Origin: an uncultured Actinomycetes bacterium
GTDB taxonomy: Bacteria > Actinomycetota > Thermoleophilia > Solirubrobacterales > Solirubrobacteraceae
NCBI GenBank assembly: GCA_963797025.1
Contig: CAWCNU010000003.1
Coordinates: 255,255 to 319,254, forward strand
DNA length: 64,000 nt
Reading direction: 5' to 3'
This document shows, one piece after another, positions 27,332 to 36,455 of this stretch. Numbering within the stretch: the stretch's first letter is position 1; the number at the start of each line of letters is the position of its first letter. The notes under the pieces were generated by a model, which saw nothing but the letters and a program-made list of their open reading frames with translations, was not told where the DNA came from and made no database searches. The position numbers and the translations under genes are program-made.

Positions 27332-28891
27332 CTACCGGCGCGCGCGGAGCACGCGCAGCCTGCCGTCTGACGAGCCGCGGTTGCCGACGAGGTCGGTCGC
27401 ATCCAGGCGCACGCCGAACAGCCCGCCGCCGCGCGGCGGGTGCTTCCAGCGCAGCGACCGCCGCCCGCTGGCGAGGCGATCGCGCAGGACGACGAGCGTC
27501 CGCCCCCGGCGGCGCACGCTGAGCGTCACGAGCGCCGGCTTGTCGAGGGCGAGGCGGATCGAGATCGGCCTGCCGGCGTGTGCGCGCGACGTCACGAGCG
27601 CGATCCGCGGACGCTGCGCGAGGTAGCTCGTGAAGCGCTGCGCCGCGCCGCAGTACGGCGCGGGATCGGCCGGCGGCGGCGGCGGGGCGGTCCCCGGCAG
27701 CGGCGTCGCGGGCGTGCCGCCGGTCTGAGCGGCCGTGCCGACCTGCGGACGCGCGAGGTTCTCCGTCAGCCGCTCGCAGAGGTTGCGCAGGAAGTCGCGC
27801 GCGAGCGCGTGGTAGTGGACGTCGGCGTCGCGGGGCGCGAGCGAGTAGCGCGACCAGCCGCCCGTGTCGTAGGCGGGCAGCTCCGCGCGCAGCTGCGCCT
27901 CGCCGGCGGCGAACAGCGCGCGCCCCTCGGCGTCGTTGGCGAGCAGCGCGAAGTCGTGGAGGCCGTTGAGCGACTGCGTGAACGCGTTGAGCACGCGCAG
28001 GCCCGGCGCGAAGGAGTAGATGAGGTAGTGCGCGCCGGCCGGCGTCGCGACGCGCACGCCCGCGGGCGGCGGCTCGCGGAAGATCCCGAGGCCGGCGCGC
28101 GCGGCCTCGAAGTAGCGCGGCTCGCCGAGGCGGACCGCTGCCCGCGCCAGCGCCTGGACCGCCGTGCCCTGCGCGAGGCCGCTGACCCACGGCGGGCGCC
28201 CGCCGTCGAAGCGGAAGAGGTACTCCCACGCGATCCCGCCCGCCCGCTGCGCCGCGAGCGTCAGCGCCTCGTCGAGCAGCTCGCGCAGCTGCGGGTCGTA
28301 CTTCAGCCCCTGCCACAGGCCGTTGGCCTTGCCGAACGTCCCGAGCCACTGGATCTGCAGCCCTTCGCCGGAGTAGAACTGCCAGACGAGCCGGCTGCCC
28401 GCGAAGCTCACCCGCCGGCCGTGGCGCAGGAGCGGCCCGTTCGACCACCACTGGCGATTGCGCGCAACGGTCTGAAAGAGCGCCGGCAGGCGCGAGACGA
28501 CGAGCTCTCCGGTGGACGCGATGGCCTCGAGGTTGCGCAGGACGGCGCTCAGCGCGACGCGCCGCGCGCCCGTGAGCTTCGAGCGCGTCGCCCGCGCGTC
28601 CGCGTAGATCCGGCGGTAGCCGTCGTGCGTCGTCTGATCGATGACCCCGGCCGCCAGCAGCGCGGCGAGCTCGCCGGCCACGGTGCGCTTCGGCGTGGCG
28701 GCGGCGCGCGGCCGGGCGGGCCCGCGGATGCCGGTCGCGGGCGCGAGATCGCCCGCCGGCGGCAGGAAGCGATCCTCGCGAGAGAACGTCGAGCCGTCCG
28801 CGCGAAGGGTCAGCAGCGGCGAGGCGGAGGCGGTCGTGCAGAGCGCGAGCAGCAGCGCGGGCGCGAGCCATGAGACCGGGGTCCAGCGCAC
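27332..28891 (-). CDS. Secreted D-glucuronyl C5-epimerase C-terminal-domain family protein with a C-terminal beta-sandwich
   Basis: Signal peptide, then ...WQFYSGEGLQIQWLGTFGKANG...GGRPPWVSGLAQGTAVQALARA...YLIYSF...LNAFTQSLNGLHDF... is typical of the family. The tail ...ALVTLSVRRRGRTLVVLRD... looks Ig-like. Confidence 0.65.
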   Translation of the reverse strand: MRWTPVSWLAPALLLALCTTASASPLLTLRADGSTFSREDRFLPPAGDLAPATGIRGPARPRAAATPKRTVAGELAALLAAGVIDQTTHDGYRRIYADARATRSKLTGARRVALSAVLRNLEAIASTGELVVSRLPALFQTVARNRQWWSNGPLLRHGRRVSFAGSRLVWQFYSGEGLQIQWLGTFGKANGLWQGLKYDPQLRELLDEALTLAAQRAGGIAWEYLFRFDGGRPPWVSGLAQGTAVQALARAAVRLGEPRYFEAARAGLGIFREPPPAGVRVATPAGAHYLIYSFAPGLRVLNAFTQSLNGLHDFALLANDAEGRALFAAGEAQLRAELPAYDTGGWSRYSLAPRDADVHYHALARDFLRNLCERLTENLARPQVGTAAQTGGTPATPLPGTAPPPPPADPAPYCGAAQRFTSYLAQRPRIALVTSRAHAGRPISIRLALDKPALVTLSVRRRGRTLVVLRDRLASGRRSLRWKHPPRGGGLFGVRLDATDLVGNRGSSDGRLRVLRARR

Positions 28892-28951
28892 TGCGACGAT
28901 GCTAGGTTGAACCCCGCCCGACCGCTGCAGTTGCCCTTGCAGAACGTTTTC

Positions 28952-29983
28952 ATGATCGCGCCCCTCCGCCTGCTCCTCGTCCTCGTCTGCACGCTCTCCT
29001 GCGCCGTGCTCGTCGCCGCCTGCGGAGGCTCGGACGACAAGAGCGGCGATGCGGGCGCCGAGCAGACGCTGCAGCAGACCTTCGGCGCCACCGCCGGCAA
29101 GATCGAGCGCGGGCGGCTGAGCGCGAACCTCAACCTCGCGCCCGAGGGCCTGCTGAAGCTCGGCGGCCCGATCGCGCTGCGCCTGAACGGGCCGTTCGAG
29201 GCGCCGTCGGGCAACGATCTGCCGCGCTTCGCGCTCTCGTTCCTCGCGACGCTCGCCGGCCAGCAGTTCGCCGGGGAGGCGACGTCCACCGGCAAGCAGG
29301 CGTTCGTGACGCTCGACGACCGTGCGTACCGCGTCGACGACCGCTTCGTCAGCAAGCTGCGCAGCGGCCTCGGCAGGTCGTCCGCGAAGCCGCAGTCGGG
29401 CCTGAAGTCGCTCGGGATCGATCCGCGGTCATGGATCCGCAACCCCGAGGGCAAGGGCCGGGAGCGCGTCGCCGGGGTGCAGACCGACCGCGTCGGCGGC
29501 GACGTCGACGTCGCGAAGCTCCTCGCCGACGTGGCGCGGCTGCTCCAGAAGACGGGCGGCGGCGACAGCCTCCTGACGCCGAAGCTCCGCGGGCAGATCG
29601 CCGACGCCGTGAACTCCGCGAAGGTCGACGTCTGGAGCGGTGCCGACGACCACATCCTGCGCCAGATCGCCGTCGTCGTGAGCTTCGCCTTCAAGGACGG
29701 GCAGTCGCCGATCCAGGGCCTCGACGGCGGGCGCCTGACGCTCCGCGCGCGCCTCGACGACGTCAACGGCGCGCCCGCGAAGATCGTCGCTCCCGCGAAC
29801 CCGCGACCGCTCTCGCGGCTGACCGGGGAGGGCGGGCTCGGCGCGCTGCTGGGGGGATTGGGCGCCGGCATCACCGGCGGCATCGGCCCCGGCGCGGGGG
29901 GCTCGAAGCTGCTCTCGTGCCTGACGAACGCCGGCGGCAGCTCCGCCGACATCGTCCGCTGCGTGGCGGACCTCGCTCCCTAG
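28952..29983 (+). CDS. Lipoprotein of unknown function
   Basis: The ATG at 28952 gives MIAPLRLLLVLVCTLSCAVLVAACGG, with the lipobox LVAAC. Confidence 0.65.
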   Translation: MIAPLRLLLVLVCTLSCAVLVAACGGSDDKSGDAGAEQTLQQTFGATAGKIERGRLSANLNLAPEGLLKLGGPIALRLNGPFEAPSGNDLPRFALSFLATLAGQQFAGEATSTGKQAFVTLDDRAYRVDDRFVSKLRSGLGRSSAKPQSGLKSLGIDPRSWIRNPEGKGRERVAGVQTDRVGGDVDVAKLLADVARLLQKTGGGDSLLTPKLRGQIADAVNSAKVDVWSGADDHILRQIAVVVSFAFKDGQSPIQGLDGGRLTLRARLDDVNGAPAKIVAPANPRPLSRLTGEGGLGALLGGLGAGITGGIGPGAGGSKLLSCLTNAGGSSADIVRCVADLAP

Positions 29984-30009
29984 CCGCCGCCGCGTACCCT
30001 GTGAGCGCG

Positions 30010-31152
30010 ATGCGCGACCCGGCCCACACCGCGATCGGCACCTGGAGCGGTGGCCGCTACCTGCATTTCGGCGAGGCGATCGACGAGGCCCGCCTGGAGG
30101 CGCTCCTGCGCCCGGGCGACGGCCTCGACACGCTGCTGACCGCCGACGCCTACGGCGCCGGCGAGGCCGACGAGCTGCTCGGCCGCGCGCTCGCCGGCGT
30201 GCCGCGCGAGGACTTCTGCGTCGTGGGCGCCATCGGCCACGACTTCTACGAGGGCGAGCGCGACGGCGCCAAGGGCTTTCCGCGCTTCACCGACCCACGG
30301 CTGCGCGGCCCCGAGGAGTACGCCGACTACGTCCGGATGGCCACCGAGCGCAGCCTGGAGCGCATCGGCATCGACGCCTTCGACGTCCTGCTGCTCCACA
30401 ACCCCGACCGCACCGGCTACACGAGCGAGGTCGTCTGGGACGCGCTGCGCGCCGTCCGCGACGAGGGCCTCGCCGGCCGTCTCGGCGTCGCCCCCGGCCC
30501 GGCCAACGGCTTCACGCTCGACGTCATCGACTGCCTCGAGCGCTTCGGCGAGCTCATCGACTGGGCGATGGTCATCCTCAACCCGCTCGAGCCGTGGCCG
30601 GGGGAGCTCGTGCTCGAGGCCGCCGCCCGCCACGACGTGAGCCTCATCACGCGCGTCGTCGACTACGGCGGGCTGTTCTGGGACGACGTGCGCCCGGGGC
30701 ACGCGTTCCCGCCGCGCGATCACCGCACGTTCCGCCCGCAGGGCTGGGTCGAGGCGGGCGCCGAGAAGCTCGCGCGGCTGCGCCCGATCGCCGAGCGCCA
30801 CGGGCTGACGATGCTCCAGCTCGCGGTCCAGTGGTGCCTGGCCCAGCCGGGCGTGCGCTGCGCGGTCCCGACGCTCATCCAGGAGACCGGTGACGCGCGC
30901 ACGATCGAGGAGAAGCGCGCCGAGCTCGTGGGTACTCCGCATGACGTGCTCCTCGACGAGACAGAGCTCGCGCAGATCCGCGCGATCGGCGACAACACCG
31001 GCAGCATGGCGCTCAAGGGCGCCGCGCCCGACTACACCGGGGAGCCGCGCCCGGACCGCTGGGAGATGACGACCGAGCTCGACGCGCTCGCCCGCCGCTG
31101 GGGCATCGAGCCCGACCGCGACCTGCGCCAGTTGACCGCTGCCCGTGGCTGA
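30010..31152 (+). CDS. Aldo/keto reductase family oxidoreductase
   Basis: ATG at 30010 (or GTG 30001) in ORF 29431..31152. ...LLTADAYGAGEADELLGRAL...FDVLLLHNPD...LAVQWCLAQPGV... Confidence 0.75.
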   Translation: MRDPAHTAIGTWSGGRYLHFGEAIDEARLEALLRPGDGLDTLLTADAYGAGEADELLGRALAGVPREDFCVVGAIGHDFYEGERDGAKGFPRFTDPRLRGPEEYADYVRMATERSLERIGIDAFDVLLLHNPDRTGYTSEVVWDALRAVRDEGLAGRLGVAPGPANGFTLDVIDCLERFGELIDWAMVILNPLEPWPGELVLEAAARHDVSLITRVVDYGGLFWDDVRPGHAFPPRDHRTFRPQGWVEAGAEKLARLRPIAERHGLTMLQLAVQWCLAQPGVRCAVPTLIQETGDARTIEEKRAELVGTPHDVLLDETELAQIRAIGDNTGSMALKGAAPDYTGEPRPDRWEMTTELDALARRWGIEPDRDLRQLTAARG

Positions 31153-32263
31153 CCTCCGCCGCTTCCTGCTGTCGGGCTCCGGCTGGCCCTACCTGCTCGT
31201 CCCGTTCATCCCGCTCGCGATCGCGCTCGAGCTCGGGCACGCGGAGGCGTCCCTGATCTTCGGCGCGGCGGCGGCGGGCGTCATCCCGACCGCCGCGCTC
31301 ATGGGGCGCGCGACCGAGGAGCTCGCGCACCGCGCCGGGCCCGGGATCGGCGGCCTGCTGAACGTGACGTTCGGCAACGCGCCCGAGATCATCATCGCCT
31401 TCTTCGCGCTGAACGCGGGGCTGCAGGAGGTCGTCAAGGCCTCGCTCATCGGCTCGATCCTCGGCAACATCCTGCTCGTCATGGGCGCGTCGATGCTCGT
31501 CGGCGGGCTGAAGTTCGAGCGCCAGACGTTCAACCCGACGGCCGCGAGCGTCCAGTCGTCGATGCTGCTGCTCGCCGCCGTCGCGCTCGTCATGCCGACG
31601 ATCTTCCAGCTCGTCGCGGGCGGCGGGCTGCCGCAGGTCGGGGCCGAGCACGTGGACTTCGGCTCCGACCTCGAGCAGATGTCGCTCATCGTCGCGTTCA
31701 TCCTGCTGCTGTCCTACGTCGCGGGGCTCTACTTCTCGCTGCGCTCGCACCGGTCGCTCTTCAACCCGACCGCGGAGGCGGAGGAGCACATCGAGGGCGA
31801 GCCGTGGAGCGTGCGCAAATCCGTCCTGATGCTCGCCGGCGCGGGCGTCGCCGTCGGCGTCATGTCGGAGATCCTCGTCGGCTCGATCGGCGAGGCGTCG
31901 GAGGCGATCGGCCTCAGCCAGTTCTTCGTCGGCCTCATCGTCGTGGCGATCGTCGGCAACGCCGCCGAGCACTGGGTCGCGATCTACTTCGCCGCGCGCA
32001 ACAAGATGGACCTCTCGGTGAACATCGCGATCGGCTCCAGCGCGCAGATCGCGCTTTTCGCCGCGCCCGTCCTCGTCTTCGCCTCGTTCTTCGTCGGGCC
32101 CAACCCGATGTCGCTCGTCTTCAACGGCTTCGAGCTCGGCGCGGTCTTCCTGGCGATCCTCATCGCCAACCACGTCACGCACGACGGCGAGTCGACGTGG
32201 TACGAGGGCTTCCAACTCCTGGCCGTCTACGCCGTGCTCGGCGTCGTCTTCTTCTACGCGTAG
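31145..32263 (+). CDS. Ca2+/H+ antiporter (CAX/ChaA family)
   Basis: The two alpha-repeat signatures FGNAPEIIIA and VGNAAEHWVA, with about 11 TM helices. Confidence 0.85.
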   Translation: MADLRRFLLSGSGWPYLLVPFIPLAIALELGHAEASLIFGAAAAGVIPTAALMGRATEELAHRAGPGIGGLLNVTFGNAPEIIIAFFALNAGLQEVVKASLIGSILGNILLVMGASMLVGGLKFERQTFNPTAASVQSSMLLLAAVALVMPTIFQLVAGGGLPQVGAEHVDFGSDLEQMSLIVAFILLLSYVAGLYFSLRSHRSLFNPTAEAEEHIEGEPWSVRKSVLMLAGAGVAVGVMSEILVGSIGEASEAIGLSQFFVGLIVVAIVGNAAEHWVAIYFAARNKMDLSVNIAIGSSAQIALFAAPVLVFASFFVGPNPMSLVFNGFELGAVFLAILIANHVTHDGESTWYEGFQLLAVYAVLGVVFFYA

Positions 32264-32277
32264 TGCTGCGCTAGCCG

Positions 32278-33270
32278 ATGGAGCTCCTGGAACTCGGCGG
32301 GCTCGTCGTCGTCCTCGTCGCGCTGCTCGTCGTCGACGTGCATTTCTTCGCGCGCGGACGCGAGGCGACGTTCCGCGAGAGCGTCATCTGGTCGCTGGGC
32401 TGGCTCGTGCTCGGGCTTGCCGTCACCGGCGTCGTCGTCGCGCTGAACGGCAGCTCGGACGGGGTCAACTACGTCACCGTCTACCTCATCGAGCGCTCGC
32501 TGTCGCTCGACAACCTCTTCGTCTTCATCCTGCTCTTCGCGTACTTCGGCGTCCCGCACGAGCACCGGGCCCGCCTGCTGTTCTGGGGCATCATCGCCGC
32601 GCTGGCGCTGCGCGGCCTCGCGATCCTCGGCGGCACCGCGCTCATCGAGCAGTTCCACGTCGTGCTCTACCTGCTCGGCGTGCTGCTGCTCGTGCTCGCC
32701 TACCGCATCTACCGCGGCGTCAGCGAGAACGTCGACCCGGACCGCAACATCGTCGTCCGCGGCGTGCGCAAGGTCTTTCCCGTCACGAGCGGCTTCCGCG
32801 GGGGGCACTGGTTCGTCACGGAGAAGGGGCAGCGCCACGTCACGCCCGTGTTCCTCTGCCTCACGGCGATCGTCGCGGCGGACATCGCGTTCGCGGTCGA
32901 CTCGATCCCCGCCGCGTTCGCGATCACCCGCGATCCGCTCATCATCTGGGCGGGCAACGTCTTCGCGCTGCTCGGCCTGCGGGCGCTGTTCGTCCTCGTC
33001 GAGGGGCTCATCCGCCGCTTCCGCTACCTCGACGAGACGATCGCCTTCGTGCTCGGCCTCATCGCGGTGAAGCTCCTCGTCGAGGAGTGGGTGCACATCG
33101 GGCCGGTCATGAACCTCGCGCTCGTCGCGCTGGCCTTCACGATCGGCATCGTGGCGTCGCTCGTGGCCGACCGGCGCGACCCGGCGGGCGCCGCCGAGCG
33201 CCGCGCCGACGCCGAAGCCGACGCCGACACACACGGCGCCCCGGCGCCCGCCGCGACGCCGGACGCCTAG
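32278..33270 (+). CDS. TerC family integral membrane protein
   Basis: ...YLIERSLSLDNLFVFILLF... plus the second repeat ...AVDSIPAAFAIT... Confidence 0.85.
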   Translation: MELLELGGLVVVLVALLVVDVHFFARGREATFRESVIWSLGWLVLGLAVTGVVVALNGSSDGVNYVTVYLIERSLSLDNLFVFILLFAYFGVPHEHRARLLFWGIIAALALRGLAILGGTALIEQFHVVLYLLGVLLLVLAYRIYRGVSENVDPDRNIVVRGVRKVFPVTSGFRGGHWFVTEKGQRHVTPVFLCLTAIVAADIAFAVDSIPAAFAITRDPLIIWAGNVFALLGLRALFVLVEGLIRRFRYLDETIAFVLGLIAVKLLVEEWVHIGPVMNLALVALAFTIGIVASLVADRRDPAGAAERRADAEADADTHGAPAPAATPDA

Positions 33271-33908
33271 CGGCGCCGCACCGCGAGGCCGAGCGCGGCG
33301 GCGGCCAGGGCGAGCGCCGCGATCGCGAGCCCGAGCGTCAGACCGTCGCGGCCGCCGGCGTCGTCCGCGGGCGCGGCCGGCTCGTCAGCGGCGCCGGCGC
33401 CGGCGCCGGACTCCCCGTGGGTGCTGACGACGTCGACCGGAGTGGCACTCTCGCTCAGCCGCGTCATGGGTGCCGGCTGGTCGCTGCTCGGGCTGCCGAT
33501 CCAGCGCGCGACGCTGCCGTCGTCGTAGCGCTGCAGCGCCTTCCACTGCAACGCACCGGTCCGCACGGGGTTGCGGGCGATGAAGTGCAGCTCGGCGTAC
33601 CCGCCGGGCGGCACGCGCCCCGATCGCCAGCGCAGCTCGGCGATCGCGCTGCCGCGCTTGACGATCTGCGTCCGCCAGCCGGGCGACGCCTCGACGAGCG
33701 CGAACGCGATGCCCGCCGGCATGCGCAGGTCGAGGCCGGTCGTCGCCTCCGACTCGCGCTCGTTGGGCACGATGACGCGGTAGCGCTGAAGGTCGGCCGG
33801 ACGGCCGGTGGACGGCTGCAGCGTCACGTGCGCGGCCGCGCCCGGCGCCATGACGGCGCCGAGCACGAGCGCGACGAGGACTAGGCCGAGGCCTTGATGT
33901 CGATGCAC
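33267..33908 (-). CDS. YcnI-like (DUF1775) copper-binding protein, membrane anchored
   Basis: The GTG at 33908 gives the signal peptide ...LVLVALVLGAVMAPGAAA, followed by HVTLQPSTGRPADLQRYRVIVPNERE... and a C-terminal TM helix. The start is less certain because it overlaps the upstream gene by 28 nt. Confidence 0.75.
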   Translation of the reverse strand: MHRHQGLGLVLVALVLGAVMAPGAAAHVTLQPSTGRPADLQRYRVIVPNERESEATTGLDLRMPAGIAFALVEASPGWRTQIVKRGSAIAELRWRSGRVPPGGYAELHFIARNPVRTGALQWKALQRYDDGSVARWIGSPSSDQPAPMTRLSESATPVDVVSTHGESGAGAGAADEPAAPADDAGGRDGLTLGLAIAALALAAAALGLAVRRR

Positions 33909-34450
33909 GAGCGCGGTGTGTCGGCGGTTGCGGGGTCGCCGGTCCAGTTGACGATCTCGGGCTTGACCCGGTTGCCCTGGGTGTTGCGGTAGTACTGCGC
34001 GATCCCGAAGCAGAGGGACATCGGCGTCGCCGGGTTGCGGAAGCGCACCGGCCACTCGCCGAACATCTTCGGCTCGACCTCGGCGTCCTTCGCGCGGGCC
34101 GTCCACGACGCCCGCGTGACCGCCATGACGGCTTCGCCCTCGGACGTCTTCCTGCCGGTGTCGCGCTTGGTGATCTTGAGCTTCCAGTCCGGGATCTGCT
34201 TGAAGCTGATGCTCTCCTGGACCTCGGCCGGGACGATCATCACGATCTTCCACGTGTTCTGCGCGTCCTTCTCGTTCGGCGCGCGCACGACGTAGGTCGC
34301 GCTCGCGCCCGTCAGCGAGGCGCCCTGCGGCTGCAGGGCGGTGACGGTCGCGTGCCCCGCCGACAGCGCGGGGACGGCGAGGGCGACGGCGCCGGCGCTC
34401 AGGGCGGCGGCGAGGACGGCGGTACGGGTCTGCTTGCTGCTGATGCTCAT
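33881..34450 (-). CDS. Divergent soluble DUF1775/YcnI-like exported protein
   Basis: Signal peptide ending ...ALSAG, then HATVTALQP...YVVRAPNEKD...IAQYYRNTQGNRVKPEIVNWTGDPATADTPRSCIDI. This is colinear with B. subtilis YcnI as I recall it. There is no C-terminal anchor, and the gene is visibly more A/T-rich than its neighbours. Confidence 0.7.
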   Translation of the reverse strand: MSISSKQTRTAVLAAALSAGAVALAVPALSAGHATVTALQPQGASLTGASATYVVRAPNEKDAQNTWKIVMIVPAEVQESISFKQIPDWKLKITKRDTGRKTSEGEAVMAVTRASWTARAKDAEVEPKMFGEWPVRFRNPATPMSLCFGIAQYYRNTQGNRVKPEIVNWTGDPATADTPRSCIDIKASA

Positions 34451-34475
34451 GACGATTTCTGCTCTCTGTGGGTGA

Positions 34476-34874
34476 TCAGTTCGCGCGGATCGCGAACGCG
34501 GTGGAGAACCGCTTGGTCTTGCCGCCCCTGGCGCGATAGGTGCCCGAGTACGTGATCTCGTAGGCGGCGGGATCGGGGAAGGTGAACGACGTGCGCTTGC
34601 CGGTCCGGCGGTCGAGCAGGACGTGTCCGGAGGAGTGGGCCACCTTGATGCGGCAAGTGCACGCCTTGAACGTGAACCTCCCGCTGCGCGGCGCGACCTT
34701 CACGATGACGATCGTCGACGGCCTGCCCGCAACCGGCTCGTCGTCGGGCAGCACGTGCATCGTGACCGCGACGCCGCGATCGGTCACCGTCTCGTGTGCG
34801 AGCGCGGGCGCGGTCAGCACCGGCGCGGCGAACGCGGCGATCGCGATCGCGGCCGGCCGCATGGGGAACCTCAT
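34476..34874 (-). CDS. Exported small protein of unknown function; predicted mature N-terminus is His
   Basis: Signal peptide ...APVLTAPALA, then HETVTDRGVAVTMHVLPDDEPVAG... It looks all-beta. Confidence 0.6.
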   Translation of the reverse strand: MRFPMRPAAIAIAAFAAPVLTAPALAHETVTDRGVAVTMHVLPDDEPVAGRPSTIVIVKVAPRSGRFTFKACTCRIKVAHSSGHVLLDRRTGKRTSFTFPDPAAYEITYSGTYRARGGKTKRFSTAFAIRAN

Positions 34875-34956
34875 GACCTGGACCTCCTCGGACGGAGCGG
34901 CTGCCCCGTCTCTGCTGGACGAATCGGCTCACCGGGCCGCGAACGGCCCGGCGTGG

Positions 34957-35289
34957 CTAGCGCACAGGCAGGAGGGCGGGCGGTGGCCGGACGGCCAGCG
35001 AGGTCGCGACGAGCCGTCCGCCGCGCGGCACGAGCGCGCGCGGCCGGAGCGGGGGGGCGAGGCCGGCGTGACGCGGGCGCTGCGGGCAGCGCTCCTGCCA
35101 GGCCGCGGCGAGGCGCGCGAGGCGCTCCTCGCCGACGTACGTGCCGGTGCAGAGCATCGCCAGCACGACGATCGCCGGCGACAGGAAGAGGACCCCCGTC
35201 TCCATGCCCGGAACGAGCAGCGCCCCCGCGAACGCCGCGAAGGCGACGGCGAGCGACAGGATCCGGAACACGGGCCGCGGGGCGGGCAT
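34957..35289 (-). CDS. Small membrane protein, PRGGRL...RPPP family, copy a
   Basis: An ATG at 35289 gives 110 aa with two hydrophobic helices, ...GTYVGEERLARLAAA... and the C-terminal LVPRGGRLVATSLAVRPPP. It is the first gene of the minus-strand copper operon. Confidence 0.6.
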   Translation of the reverse strand: MPAPRPVFRILSLAVAFAAFAGALLVPGMETGVLFLSPAIVVLAMLCTGTYVGEERLARLAAAWQERCPQRPRHAGLAPPLRPRALVPRGGRLVATSLAVRPPPALLPVR

Positions 35290-35399
35290 GGCGGCCCGAG
35301 GTATAGCAGGAGCGCGGCGAGCCGTGGCCGCACCCTGGCCGCTCGGATGGGGTGGGCGGTTGCGGCGGTCGGACCTGTAGGTCACCATGCTGGGCTCGG

Positions 35400-35726
35400 A
35401 TGACGCGACGCGACCGCCAGCTGCTCCTCGGCCTCGCCGCGCTGACGCTCGCGCTGGCCGCGACGACGCTCGTCGGCGTCCACAGCGACGTCCTGCTCGC
35501 CGCGCCGGCGCTCGTGTTCGCCCTCCCGCTGCTCGCCGGGCGCTTCGTCGGCGAGGGGCAGCTCGTGCGCCTCGCCGCGGTCCTGGGCTGCGCGCGGCGT
35601 CGCCCGGCGACGACGATCGCTTCACGCGCGCGCCGCGCGCCGCGCGCGCTGCCCCGCGGTGGGCGCCTCATCGCCGCGGCCCTGGCCGTGCGCCCGCCGC
35701 CGGTCATGGCCCGCCTCACCGCCTAG
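35400..35726 (+). CDS. Small membrane protein, PRGGRL...RPPP family, copy b
   Basis: An ATG at 35400 gives 108 aa with ...AGRFVGEGQLVRLAAV... and the C-terminal ALPRGGRLIAAALAVRPPP. It is the first gene of the plus-strand copper operon. Confidence 0.6.
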   Translation: MTRRDRQLLLGLAALTLALAATTLVGVHSDVLLAAPALVFALPLLAGRFVGEGQLVRLAAVLGCARRRPATTIASRARRAPRALPRGGRLIAAALAVRPPPVMARLTA

Positions 35727-35786
35727 CCCGCTCCGGCGCCTCGTGGTCCGGAGCCGCCTCCGAACCCACCGAAGGAGGGGCCGCCG

Positions 35787-36455
35787 ATGGCCCGTCGCAT
35801 CCTCGCCGCCGCGCTCTGCGCACTCGCGGCACTGATCGTCCCCACCGCTGCATCCGCCCACCAGGGCAGCCCCGACTACGAGTCGATCGTCCGCGGCGTG
35901 AAGCCCGCCATCGAGGGCCTCTCCGTCGAGGTCCTCAACGGCGACGACCGCCTCGAGGTGACGTATCGCGGAAGCGCCGCGATCACGATCTACGGCTACA
36001 ACGACGAGCCGTACATCCGCATGGATCCCGACGGGACGGTCTCCGCGAACCTCCGCTCGCCGGCCTACTACCTCAACCAGGACCGCCTCCTCGGGACGCC
36101 CGTCCCGCCGACGGCAAAGGCCGGCGCGGCGCCGCGATGGCGCATCGTCGAGCGCAGCGGGCGATATGAGTTCCACGACCATCGGATGCACTGGATGGCG
36201 AAGAACACGCCGTCCCAGGTCAAGGACAAGACCAAGCGCACGAAGATCTTCGACTGGCAGGTGCCGGTTCGTCAGGGACCAATCCGCGCCTCGATCGACG
36301 GGCAGCTGTTCTGGCGCGGGTCGGCGGGCGGCACGCCCGTCGCGCCCTTCGTCGCGCTCGGCGTCCTCGTGGCGCTGGCCGGCGCGGCGGTCGTCGTCGT
36401 CCGCCGCCGCCGCGGGGCGGCCGGCCAGGCCGTGCCGAAGGGGGAGGCCTGGTGA
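35787..36455 (+). CDS. Exported, C-terminally anchored protein of unknown function; predicted mature N-terminus is His
   Basis: GAAGGAGG RBS. Signal peptide ...IVPTAASA, then HQGSPDYESIVRGV..., an internal HDHRMHWM, and a C-terminal TM helix. The stop overlaps the copCD GTG. Confidence 0.7.
   Translation: MARRILAAALCALAALIVPTAASAHQGSPDYESIVRGVKPAIEGLSVEVLNGDDRLEVTYRGSAAITIYGYNDEPYIRMDPDGTVSANLRSPAYYLNQDRLLGTPVPPTAKAGAAPRWRIVERSGRYEFHDHRMHWMAKNTPSQVKDKTKRTKIFDWQVPVRQGPIRASIDGQLFWRGSAGGTPVAPFVALGVLVALAGAAVVVVRRRRGAAGQAVPKGEAW

Noticed and set aside
33267-33270. Convergent genes whose stop codons overlap in short palindromes: CTAG at 33267-33270, CTAA at 49121-49124, TGACGTCA at 53208-53215.
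   Set aside because: This is a curiosity of a compact GC-rich genome. There is no evidence that it is functional.
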